The notes: generated from the letters alone by a model not told the origin. DNA of 32,000 nt from Scytonema hofmannii PCC 7110 (GCF_000346485.2 NZ_KQ976354.1:5780824-5812823); one strand, 5' to 3'; numbered from the stretch's first letter, positions 8,891 to 16,978 are shown. Numbers and translations: made by a program.

Positions 8891-9199
8891 TTATTTTTGA
8901 GGAAAGTCAGGAGGTAAGACAATTTGTCGGATTTGGTTGAGCATATCGGCCATGCGTAGTATGTGGGCTACGTAGTCGGGTCTCCTCTCAAAATTCTGTC
9001 CCCAATTGCCAATAGTTCTGGGGCTAAGCCCTGTTGCCTCAGCTAAGGCAGCAATGCAAGCTTTTCTGTAGCCCCGTTCGTCAGGGGACATATCAATCCA
9101 TTTTCTGCAATATTCCAATGGCTCCAAGGGCAGCTTACCGAGCGCGTCGATTCTATATTGAGTTGTCTGGGGACTCGTGTCCATCACCCCATCTGTCAT
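8891..9199 (-). CDS. Small HTH-type protein, paralog of 8421..8735
   Basis: GKLPLEPLEYCRKWI...RKACIAALAEATGLSPRTIGNWGQNFERRPDYVAHILRMADMLNQ. Both paralogs end in PPDFP. Confidence 0.6.
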   Translation of the reverse strand: MTDGVMDTSPQTTQYRIDALGKLPLEPLEYCRKWIDMSPDERGYRKACIAALAEATGLSPRTIGNWGQNFERRPDYVAHILRMADMLNQIRQIVLPPDFPQK

Positions 9200-9480
9200 T
9201 TCTCCTAGCTTTAGTCACGCTTCGTGACTTTTGATAAGACGTGAATGATGAGCGTTTGTGCGATCGCATGGGGTGTTCTGCCCCCGGTGCGCTACCGCTC
9301 ATCGGGCAAGTTTCTCTGGAAGCTACGGGCGATCGCGTTCCTTAACTCCTTTTTCGCTGAAGATCGACACCGCCACTCCCTATCCTTAAGTTCGGGTAAA
9401 GAACTAGCCATTCGATTGACTTGAAACTGACTGTAAGACTAGTACAATTCGTTAGAAGTACGGAGGCAGAGGCAGAAGGC

Positions 9481-9544
9481 GCAAATGCTTTTATTGTAAG
9501 CTTTTTGTCTGTTAAGAATAGTTGCCTTATTTTTGACTCAAAGT
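9481..9544. repeat. Second copy of the dispersed GGCAGAAGG...AAGCTTTTTGT...GTTGCCTTATTT repeat
   Basis: Co-linear with 794..855. Confidence 0.5.
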
Positions 9545-9752
9545 TGGTAAAATACTCCTAGTTGGTGAAGCCACTCCACGAGAAATTAAGACTCTTCGCC
9601 ATGTATTCCACCTAAATGCCCTTTCGTGTAATGCTGCATTACTTATCAGTCGAAACTTAAGCTATAAGTTTTTACCTCAATTACGGAATTGAGAACTAAA
9701 ATCATGTGGTAGTAAGTAAAGTAAATAAGATGCCATTTTTATGAGGTAGCAC

Positions 9753-10193
9753 ATGGAACCACTAACTGCTGGGGCGATCGCTGTTGGTACTATAGTTGCC
9801 ACTAAAGTTTTAGAAAAAACAACAGAAAAGGGAACAGAAATCTTATTGGACAAAGCTGGTAAGTTCTTAGTTACCCTGAAGAAACACTCTCCCAATACTG
9901 TAGTTGCGATAGAGAAAGCACCCTCTCAACCACTCGATTACGGCAAAGCGCTACTGGAAGTAGAATCTGCGGCTAAGGCTAATCCTGAAGTGGCTGAAGC
10001 TGCACGGGAATTAGCAACAGCAGCAGAAATTAATCCACCATCAAACCTGGCTGAAATTCTAAGGCAGATAAAAGAAGCTGTGTCCAAGTCTCAAAAATCA
10101 TATCCTTCAAGTTTTATTCAAAACATCGAAAAAGCTATTAATGCGGCTCAAAACCAAACCATTGACCAAAGCGGCAGTACTTTCAATATTTGA
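9753..10193 (+). CDS. 146-aa N-terminal-domain ORF with a hydrophobic Gly/Ala-rich first helix then Ala/Glu-rich helices. It is in frame with the NB-ARC-TPR gene, separated only by TGA
   Basis: MEPLTAGAIAVGTIVATKVLEK... Stop TGA is at 10191-10193 and is directly followed by GTG at 10194 in the same frame ((10194-9753)/3 = 147). Confidence 0.6.
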   Translation: MEPLTAGAIAVGTIVATKVLEKTTEKGTEILLDKAGKFLVTLKKHSPNTVVAIEKAPSQPLDYGKALLEVESAAKANPEVAEAARELATAAEINPPSNLAEILRQIKEAVSKSQKSYPSSFIQNIEKAINAAQNQTIDQSGSTFNI

Positions 10194-12770
10194 GTGGAGT
10201 CGCCTGAATGGGAACGGGTAAAGTTAAATCCCCCAAATAATCTTCAGTTTTCAGGAACAGCCAACTTTGTAGGGCGAGCACATGAACTGACTATCTTGCA
10301 TGAAAAGTTTCAAAGAACGGGTGCTGTAGCTATTTCATCTGTTGCTGGTATGGGCGGAGTTGGTAAAACTGAACTGGCGGTTCAATATATAAAACAGCAT
10401 GAAGCCGACTATGCTGGTGGTATTTGCTGGTTATCAGCTAGAGAATCAGATGTAGCAGCGAGTATTGTGCAGTTCGCACAGCTACATATGAAATTGGAAG
10501 TCCCACAGCAGGATTTTCGTGGAAAGGTGCTGAGTCTGACTGAACAAGTAGAATGGTGCTGGCAGCATTGGCAACCACCAGAGGGAATCGCATTAATCAT
10601 ATTAGATGATGTTACTTCTGTGGGTAATTATCGGCATCTACTACCAAAAAGTAACCGTTTCCGTATATTAATGACAACACGGGTGCGAAATTTAGACCCG
10701 AATATTGACGAGATTTCCTTGGATATGCTGTCTCCACAAGAGGCGTTGCAATTATTGATAGCAATCTTTGGAAATAAGCGGGTAGAAAAGGCAATTGATG
10801 TAGCACAACAACTGTGTGAATGGTTGGGATACTTGCCCTTGGGTTTGGAATTGGTAGGAAGGTATGTGGCGAAAAAACCGCCTAACTGGACTTTAGCAAA
10901 AATGTTGCAACAGTTGAAACAGCAGTCGCTCACTAATACTGCCATAAATCAGGAGTTGCAACGAACTTTGAGTACAGCACAGCGTAGTGTGTTAGCCGCT
11001 TTTGAATTAAGCTGGCAGGAACTTTCACTTCCAACACAGCTTTTAGCTGCATTATTAAGCTTGTATGCACCAAATATCATTGCCTGGGAATGGGTGGAGT
11101 CTACAGGTGAATTGCTCAATTGGAGTTCGACTGATATCGAAACAGCAAACGAGCAACTGTATACACTTCATTTGATTCAATCAGTAGAGGATACATCTGG
11201 TGAGTATAAAATTAGACTTCATTCCTTAATTCGCGAGTTCCTGAAACTGAAGCTAGCAGCATCACAACAAGCTGATGATTTAAAACGGGGTTTTGTAGAG
11301 GCAATGGTGGCGATCGCTCAAGAAATTCCCGATTATCCAACTAAGGAGTTCATTAAGTCGGTGAAAGATGCTATCCCACATTTAGCAGAGGTAGCACAAA
11401 ATCTGAGTGATATAGTCAGTGATGAAAATTTAATTTCAGTTTTTAATGGATTGGGTAGATTTTATGAAGGACAGGGTTTATATGTGCTGGCTCAACCATG
11501 GTTAGAGCAATTTGTATCAGTAGTCCAATCCCGTTTGGGAGAGGAGCATTCGGATGTCGCTACCAGTTTCAACAACCTAGCTCATCTTTACTCAGACCAA
11601 GGAAGGTACGCAGAAGCTGAACCACTCTACATCAAAGCTTTGAAACTATGGCAACGCCTGTTGGGAGAGGAGCATCCCGATGTCGCCAGCGGTTTCAACA
11701 ACCTGGCTTCTATCTACGAATCCCAAGGAAGGTACACAGAAGCCGAACCACTCTACGTCAAAGCTTTGGAACTAAGGCAACGCCTGCTGGGAGAGGAGCA
11801 TTCCGATGTCGCCCAAAGTTTCAACAACTTGGCTTCTATCTACGAATCCCAAGGAAGGTACACAGAAGCCGAACCGCTCTACATCAAAGCTTTGGAACTA
11901 AGGCAACGCCTGCTGGGAGAGGAGCATCCTCTTGTCGCCACCAGTTTCAACAACCTAGCTAATCTCTACGCAACCCAAGGAAGGTACGCAGAAGCCGAAC
12001 GACTCTACATCAAAGCTTTGGAACTAAGGCAACGCCTGCTGGGAGAGGAGCATCCTTTTGTCGCCCAAAGTTTCAACAACCTGGCTTTACTCTACTCAGA
12101 CCTTGGAAAGTACACAGAAGCTGAACCACTCTACATCAAAGCTTTGGAACTGTTGCAACGCTTGCTGGGAGAGGAGCATCCTCTTGTCGCCAAAAGTTCC
12201 AACGACCTGGCTTTACTCTACTCAGACCTTGGAAAGTACACAGAAGCCGAATCACTCTTCACGAAAGCTTTGGAACTAAGGCAACGCCTGCTGGGAGAGA
12301 AGCATCCCGATGTCGCCCAAAGTTTCAACAACCTGGCTTATCTCTACAATTTCCAAGGAAAGTACACAGAAGCCGAATCACTCTTCACGAAAGCTTTGGA
12401 ACTCAGGCAACGCTTGCTGGGAGAGGAGCATCTAGATGTCTCCATCAGTTTCAATAACCTGGCTTCTCTCTACTCATCTCAAGGAAGGTACACGGAAGCC
12501 GAACCACTCTACATCAAAGCTTTGGAACTGTTGCAACGCTTGCTGGGAGAGGAGCATCCTCTTGTCGCTCAAAGTTTCAACAACCTGGCAGGACTATACA
12601 AATCCACTGGACGTTACACTGAAGCAGAACTGTTGCACAGTAAAGCATTGAAAATTTGTGAGCAACAGTTAGGTGTGGGTAGTTCAATAACAATAGCAGT
12701 CAGAAAAAATTATGCAGTTTTTTTGCATGAGTATGCAGAGTTTTTGAGAAACAAACTAAGTGCCAGTTGA
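10194..12770 (+). CDS. NB-ARC (STAND) NTPase with 9 TPR (TPR_12/kinesin-light-chain-like) 42-aa repeats
   Basis: P-loop GMGGVGKTELAVQY; Walker B ALIILDDV; GLPL-like motif GYLPLGLELVG; then nine units EEHPxVAxSFNNLAxLYxxQGRYTEAEPLYIKALELRQRLLG. The only start ahead of the P-loop is GTG 10194, abutting the upstream TGA. Confidence 0.85.
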   Translation: MESPEWERVKLNPPNNLQFSGTANFVGRAHELTILHEKFQRTGAVAISSVAGMGGVGKTELAVQYIKQHEADYAGGICWLSARESDVAASIVQFAQLHMKLEVPQQDFRGKVLSLTEQVEWCWQHWQPPEGIALIILDDVTSVGNYRHLLPKSNRFRILMTTRVRNLDPNIDEISLDMLSPQEALQLLIAIFGNKRVEKAIDVAQQLCEWLGYLPLGLELVGRYVAKKPPNWTLAKMLQQLKQQSLTNTAINQELQRTLSTAQRSVLAAFELSWQELSLPTQLLAALLSLYAPNIIAWEWVESTGELLNWSSTDIETANEQLYTLHLIQSVEDTSGEYKIRLHSLIREFLKLKLAASQQADDLKRGFVEAMVAIAQEIPDYPTKEFIKSVKDAIPHLAEVAQNLSDIVSDENLISVFNGLGRFYEGQGLYVLAQPWLEQFVSVVQSRLGEEHSDVATSFNNLAHLYSDQGRYAEAEPLYIKALKLWQRLLGEEHPDVASGFNNLASIYESQGRYTEAEPLYVKALELRQRLLGEEHSDVAQSFNNLASIYESQGRYTEAEPLYIKALELRQRLLGEEHPLVATSFNNLANLYATQGRYAEAERLYIKALELRQRLLGEEHPFVAQSFNNLALLYSDLGKYTEAEPLYIKALELLQRLLGEEHPLVAKSSNDLALLYSDLGKYTEAESLFTKALELRQRLLGEKHPDVAQSFNNLAYLYNFQGKYTEAESLFTKALELRQRLLGEEHLDVSISFNNLASLYSSQGRYTEAEPLYIKALELLQRLLGEEHPLVAQSFNNLAGLYKSTGRYTEAELLHSKALKICEQQLGVGSSITIAVRKNYAVFLHEYAEFLRNKLSAS
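11530..12665 (+). repeat. Nine tandem 126-bp TPR-coding repeats with high nucleotide identity
   Basis: GGAGAGGAGCATCC...AACAACCTGGCT...GAAGCCGAACCACTCTACATCAAAGCTTTGGAACTAAGGCAACGCCTGCTG recurs with 126-bp period. Confidence 0.9.
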
Positions 12771-12825
12771 GTATTCCACGAAGGAGCCAAAAGGTAGAAT
12801 AAGTGGCTCAAAGTATTAATTTCTC

Positions 12826-13059
12826 GTGAAGTGGCGTCATCAATATGGAGCATATTACCATGGAAATAATCGTGAATTGGAGCGCTCGCTACGACCACTT
12901 CAAAACCAACTTCCCGATCCCAAAAATCAAAAAGCTTACAAACAATGGTGGCTCTCAAACGGTCAAGCTTGGACTGAGCAACCTAGGAGTGTGACGATCT
13001 CTCATCGCAACATCGGTCACGATTGGCAGTTTACCGACTCTCAGAAAGATCGCTCTTAG
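12826..13059 (+). pseudogene. Possible remnant of a C-terminal module seen in cyanobacterial NACHT-family proteins
   Basis: ...KQWWLSNGQAWTEQPRSVTISHRNIGHDWQFTDSQKD resembles, from memory, a conserved ...WW..NG..WTEQLR.VMI.HRNIGHDWQFS..QK... module. The ORF has no credible N-terminus and stops early. Confidence 0.3.
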
Positions 13060-13086
13060 CCTCAACTTCCCACAAGCCTACCGCAA

Positions 13087-13929
13087 TCAAGGTCTCGTGT
13101 GTTGCTTGCACAAATGCTCCATCTCAAGAGCAATCGCATCCCACGGAGCAAAACGGCTGCGTACCAGCAACCAAACGTCCTCATCAAAGCACCTTTCATA
13201 AGAGCGCGATCGCCTGTTCCACCCGATGCGTCCAAAAAACTTAACGTCGTAGGGCTGTGGTTTCCACAGTCCTTTGTAACGGTTCCAAGTTGTTTCCAGG
13301 CAAGTTGGCTGCAGCACGCTTGAAACTTGTTCAAAGTCTTTTCTCCTGAATGCTGCAACACCCTTAAATGCATGGTTAAACAACAGCACCATATTCAATC
13401 CCAAATGCTTGGGCAAACACTGTTCTAACTCCTCTCTAGAGTGAGGCTCGCGACCGTCGGGCAAATACATCCTGTTGCACAGTTCGCTCTCAACCGCTTC
13501 ATAGGCGAGCAGCATCCTTGGAAAGTCAATCGCTCTCAGTTCTGGGGGTTGAGTCGTAGTCCCTTCTATCTGTGGCACAAAATTAAACAACCGCAAGGTA
13601 TCGCGCATAAATTCCCGACATCGGCGGATGGAACGAGGGCTGAAATAAGCTCCTTGCCAGTGCGTTTGGAGGTAGTCTGACAAATACAATACCGCGCCCG
13701 TAATCGTTAGCTCTCCGGCGGCTGAGAGTGCTACTAAATTCTCAAATTTGGCAGCGTCTATAACTAACTTACCGTCTACTTTGTCAGCCGCTGCATAATG
13801 TCTAACAATGCAGTAGGCATAGAAATTTAACATCCCTGCTAGCTGCAAAAGTTTGGGGGTTGAAAGGGCAAAAATTGCGTTTCCTACCTCGATCCGAATG
13901 TCCTGAATCTCTTGTGGTAATAACATCAT
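13087..13929 (-). CDS. Hypothetical protein (~280 aa), no family recognised
   Basis: Long uninterrupted ORF. ATG-ATG at 13929 is preferred over the listed TTG at 13959. No motif recognised by eye. Confidence 0.55.
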   Translation of the reverse strand: MMLLPQEIQDIRIEVGNAIFALSTPKLLQLAGMLNFYAYCIVRHYAAADKVDGKLVIDAAKFENLVALSAAGELTITGAVLYLSDYLQTHWQGAYFSPRSIRRCREFMRDTLRLFNFVPQIEGTTTQPPELRAIDFPRMLLAYEAVESELCNRMYLPDGREPHSREELEQCLPKHLGLNMVLLFNHAFKGVAAFRRKDFEQVSSVLQPTCLETTWNRYKGLWKPQPYDVKFFGRIGWNRRSRSYERCFDEDVWLLVRSRFAPWDAIALEMEHLCKQHTRP

Positions 13930-14248
13930 GATTGCTTGATTAAATGATGTGACCCACAAAAGACAACTTTCATATCTACTCCCACGAGTGAATAAATTTT
14001 GGTTGTTGGTTCTCTTTTTTTAAAAAATTCTTGACTGGAAATTATTTAAGAGAGAGATAGTTAAGAATTGTCTTTTGTGGATCTGTCCGGTTTGATACAG
14101 AAAAATCTCAAAAATCAAAATTGACAAACTTTTATTAAAATTGAGGAATTACGTCGTTTGTATTGACGAACAAAATCGAACCCCATGCACAGCAAGCGGA
14201 GATTTGAGCTTTTTAACGCGATCGTATGAGTTTGAAGTGAATAACTAG

Positions 14249-14288
14249 CCCCCACTGAAGCTTGAGATACTATAGCAGTGGGGGTTTT
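14249..14288 (+). terminator. Intrinsic-terminator-like hairpin on the + strand with no annotated + strand gene upstream
   Basis: 9-bp stem CCCCCACTG (14249-14257) / CAGTGGGGG (14276-14284), 18-nt loop, then TTTT. Confidence 0.4.
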
Positions 14289-14370
14289 GATTGACTGCTC
14301 TCTGTTTTCTAGGCGCTCTAAACGCTCTAGAATGCGTCGGTTTTGCTGGGAATACAGAGCGCGATTGCTC

Positions 14371-14586
14371 TTACCTAAGATTTTTTAGTTCGTAGGTGCG
14401 AGTTTGGCATGCCAACACCGAATCGCGCCAAGGTTTTAGATTGATTGCTTGCCTGATGTACAAAATTTTTCCTTCTTTGGAAATGGAAAAGTACACGACT
14501 GGTATGTCTGATAACTTACCCCTGCTTGCCAGTGGGAGTGATGGCAAGTCCAAGAGGTTGATTTGTTCGATTGCGATCGCGTTCAT
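14371..14586 (-). pseudogene. Truncated GIY-YIG nuclease N-terminal fragment
   Basis: IPVVYFSISKEGKILYIRQAINLKPW matches the GIY-(x10)-YIG-...-NL-.R pattern, with Gly to Arg in the YIG motif. The ORF ends at 71 aa. Confidence 0.4.
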
Positions 14587-14661
14587 CTGATAAACTCAAC
14601 TTGTCTTGTATTGATATTACAATACTTTTTCAATACAAGCGAATTTTCACTAAAAACAGTT

Positions 14662-14690
14662 AACCCGCCGAATCACTGGCGGGTTTTTCT
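14662..14690. terminator. Hairpin terminator, possibly bidirectional, downstream of the RHH gene
   Basis: AACCCGCC (14662-14669), loop GAATCACT, GGCGGGTT (14678-14685), then TTTCT. An A-run lies on the other side. Confidence 0.5.
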
Positions 14691-14769
14691 TGGTTAAGCA
14701 GTTTTAACAACTGAGCGTGAACTTGCCTGAGAGATTCAATTTCTTGCTTAAGCTCCAAATTTTCTTCTC

Positions 14770-15027
14770 TCAGGCTGACGTTTCCCCCACTAGTCGAGCA
14801 TTCTCAATACCTACCTTTCTTTCCACTATCTCCAATCGCTTAATCACTTCTCCCAAATCCCATTTTTTGACCTCCTCTGTCTCAGCTTTCAAGTAATCGT
14901 CAATGAATTGCTTAAGAACTGCTGTTACTGTTTTTCCTTCTCGTTCCAGTTTCTCACTGAACGCTGTTTTCGTTTCAGGGTCAATCTCAATCGATATAAA
15001 AGTTCTTTGCCTCTTAGTCTTTGTCAT
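14770..15027 (-). CDS. Ribbon-helix-helix (CopG/Arc/MetJ-like) DNA-binding protein
   Basis: N-terminal basic tail plus beta-strand RTFISIEIDPETKTAF, followed by the helices EKLEREGKTVTAVLKQFIDDYLK. Typical RHH layout. Confidence 0.6.
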   Translation of the reverse strand: MTKTKRQRTFISIEIDPETKTAFSEKLEREGKTVTAVLKQFIDDYLKAETEEVKKWDLGEVIKRLEIVERKVGIENARLVGETSA

Positions 15028-15070
15028 GCATTTTCCTCAAGTGCTATCCCCAATCTAGTCTTTGCCAAAC

Positions 15071-15122
15071 GTGTATTGCAAGGTATTGAAACTTTGTATC
15101 GTTATGTATTGACTATGTATCG
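15071..15122. promoter_or_regulatory. Five helically phased TGTATYG motifs in the divergent intergenic region (candidate RHH operator or iteron array)
   Basis: TGTATTG 15073, (G)GTATTG 15082, TGTATCG 15095, TGTATTGAC 15105, TGTATCG 15116. Spacing is ~10-13 bp. Confidence 0.4.
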
Positions 15123-15235
15123 TAATATAGGGATAATGGACATACAAAACAAAAGGCGCTGCCCCCGTCCTGGAAAAACGAAGCAACGCCTCTTGTGAAA
15201 TCCTAAATCCCAAATAAGGACTCAGTAAATTAATT

Positions 15236-16612
15236 ATGACTCACCCAATTTATAACGAACAACAACTTTCTGTTAAGTGCCTTTCCGAACTAAGAGATCT
15301 CTATACCGAACTCGGTTGCACTCGCGCTGTAGAGGACAAGAGAGCCAAGCAGTCTTGGGCTACAGCCATCCTCTGCTTTCAGGAAGAACGAGTCGCTAAA
15401 CTCGAGCTTCAACTGGAAGAAAAAACTTGTGCAACTTGCTCAAAATTCGATGCAGTTCGCGGTTGCTGCAAGTTGTTCGAGATGGCTGCCAAGCCCCACT
15501 GGGCAATGACTTCCGACTGCGTAAACGCGATTTCAACCGAGCAAATAGAGGTGGCTGAAACTCTTCCCCAACCCTCTGTACAACCAACCGAAGTGAGGGA
15601 AGTTGAGGCAGTTGAAAGCGTTCTTGAAGTCCCATCCACTGAAGTTCAAACTGAACCCGCACCCGGTTACAAATTTGCACTTGGCAATGGCTTCACCTTC
15701 TACCAAAAGCAGTGCGATGTTCCGTGTTGGATTGCTTGCAAAAACAGCTACCGTACCATCGCTTACCCAGAATTGGCTGATGCCGTTTGTGAAGCGTTGC
15801 GGCGGTTGGTGAAAGAGGGTATTGTTGGCGCTGGTGAACTTTTGCAAATCCATACCGAAGCGAAGAAAATCAAAACACAACTTACCTCAGTTTCATCTGG
15901 TGACTTGACCTTCAAACAAATTTCTTCTTTCACCTATCAAGTCTTTAACGGGTTACTGGATATTGGCTTAATTCATTTCACAAACAATAGGCGCTGGATG
16001 ACTGACCTCGTTTGCGATCGCACCGAATACAGTACGCCCTACGAAGCGGCAGCAGCACTCGCACAATCCGGATTGGGGTTAGTTGAAGAAGGCAGGAGGC
16101 AGAGGCTTGATGGCAGAAGGTTCTTAAAGGCTGCGGATTCAACTCTATCTGAATTAAGCAACGCCAAAGTCGTTGGGATATTGGATTCTTGTTCGCTTGA
16201 GCCACGGGTTTCAGGCAAAGATATCCCTTCTGCCTTCTGCCATCAAGCCTCTGCCTTGTTTAATAACGATTTGCTAGATAAACCATTTACCGAACTCACG
16301 ACCGTTGAATGGGATTCCATAAAGCAAAGGGTTTCGGCTGAAGTCTCTGAACGGATAGAAGAACTGTTGGAGTTGGTTGAGATAGAAGGAGATCCCGATG
16401 AAGACTTTGGCACTCTCTATAAGCTGTGGCACGGGATGAAATTGCTGGGCACTTTTTACCGGACTGTTTTTAGTGGTAAGTGGGTCGCCCGACCAGCGCA
16501 GACTAACGACGTTTTCCTTGACTGCAAAAGCGATGAAGATGCGAAGTACTGGATTCTTTATCACGAAGTGACTGGCTCGCTCGGCAGTGACGTAGTTATT
16601 GCTGCCAAATAA
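15236..16612 (+). CDS. Hypothetical 458-aa protein: N-terminal SAP/Rho_N-like HeH motif, Cys cluster, acidic Pro/Glu/Val linker
   Basis: LSVKCLSELRDLYTELGC resembles the L..L.V.ELR.LA..LG HeH motif. Also CATCSKFDAVRGCC and the linker PQPSVQPTEVREVEAVESVLEVPSTEVQTEPAP. No family recognised. Confidence 0.6.
   Translation: MTHPIYNEQQLSVKCLSELRDLYTELGCTRAVEDKRAKQSWATAILCFQEERVAKLELQLEEKTCATCSKFDAVRGCCKLFEMAAKPHWAMTSDCVNAISTEQIEVAETLPQPSVQPTEVREVEAVESVLEVPSTEVQTEPAPGYKFALGNGFTFYQKQCDVPCWIACKNSYRTIAYPELADAVCEALRRLVKEGIVGAGELLQIHTEAKKIKTQLTSVSSGDLTFKQISSFTYQVFNGLLDIGLIHFTNNRRWMTDLVCDRTEYSTPYEAAAALAQSGLGLVEEGRRQRLDGRRFLKAADSTLSELSNAKVVGILDSCSLEPRVSGKDIPSAFCHQASALFNNDLLDKPFTELTTVEWDSIKQRVSAEVSERIEELLELVEIEGDPDEDFGTLYKLWHGMKLLGTFYRTVFSGKWVARPAQTNDVFLDCKSDEDAKYWILYHEVTGSLGSDVVIAAK
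16098..16255. mobile_element. MITE-like element or long inverted repeat inside the 458-aa ORF, reading frame preserved
   Basis: Perfect 23-bp inverted repeat GGCAGAGGCTTGATGGCAGAAGG (16098-16120) / CCTTCTGCCATCAAGCCTCTGCC (16233-16255) with a 112-nt spacer. Confidence 0.45.
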
Positions 16613-16688
16613 ATAATTCCCACTAACACATGGGATGCGGACTATCCGCATCTCTCTCGATCCCCAAACAAATAACTTCAGGTGAACT

Positions 16689-16946
16689 ATGTTGACCCAA
16701 AATTTTGTCTCCAGTAACGACGATCCAAATACAGCCGAATCGGCATCTCAAGTCACTACCGAAATAGCTTCAAATCGAGAACCCATAAAACACATGCTCA
16801 TTGGTTCTCCCAAGACTGTCACCAGCACAATTCACGCCTTACAAGTCCTTGGCTATGCCGAAGTTGGGGCGTGGAGTCCTTTGCTACCAACGACCAACCC
16901 CGGTGAGGTGATGAGTCTTTTAATTCGTTATATTTTGGTGCAGTAG
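16689..16946 (+). CDS. Hypothetical 85-aa protein
   Basis: Good RBS (AGGTGA 4 nt before the ATG) and a terminator hairpin just downstream. The segment PIKHMLIGSPKTVTSTIHALQVLGYAEVGAWSPLLPT looks like a small conserved cyanobacterial family, but I cannot name it. Confidence 0.5.
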   Translation: MLTQNFVSSNDDPNTAESASQVTTEIASNREPIKHMLIGSPKTVTSTIHALQVLGYAEVGAWSPLLPTTNPGEVMSLLIRYILVQ

Positions 16947-16978
16947 TTTTTTTGACTGTAACACATCAGTCACTTATA

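Noticed and set aside
3803-10196. Idea that the in-frame TAG (3815-3817) and TGA (10191-10193) reflect stop-codon reassignment in this organism
   Set aside because: Other well-supported genes in the window terminate normally with the same codons (tniQ and cas12k end in TAG; the DUF262 gene ends in TGA). Genome-wide recoding is therefore not supported.
11648-12651. Plus-strand alternative-frame ORFs inside the TPR region (11648..11962, 12058..12279, 12436..12651)
   Set aside because: They are off-frame artefacts of the 126-bp repeats. The main frame gives canonical TPR units contiguous with the NB-ARC domain.
13062-13373. ORFs 13062..13373 (-), 13023..13244 (+) and 13099..13323 (+) overlapping the 3' end of the 13087..13929 gene
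   Set aside because: They are alternative frames of the same region. The long 280-aa frame is the only one with a coherent length and start.
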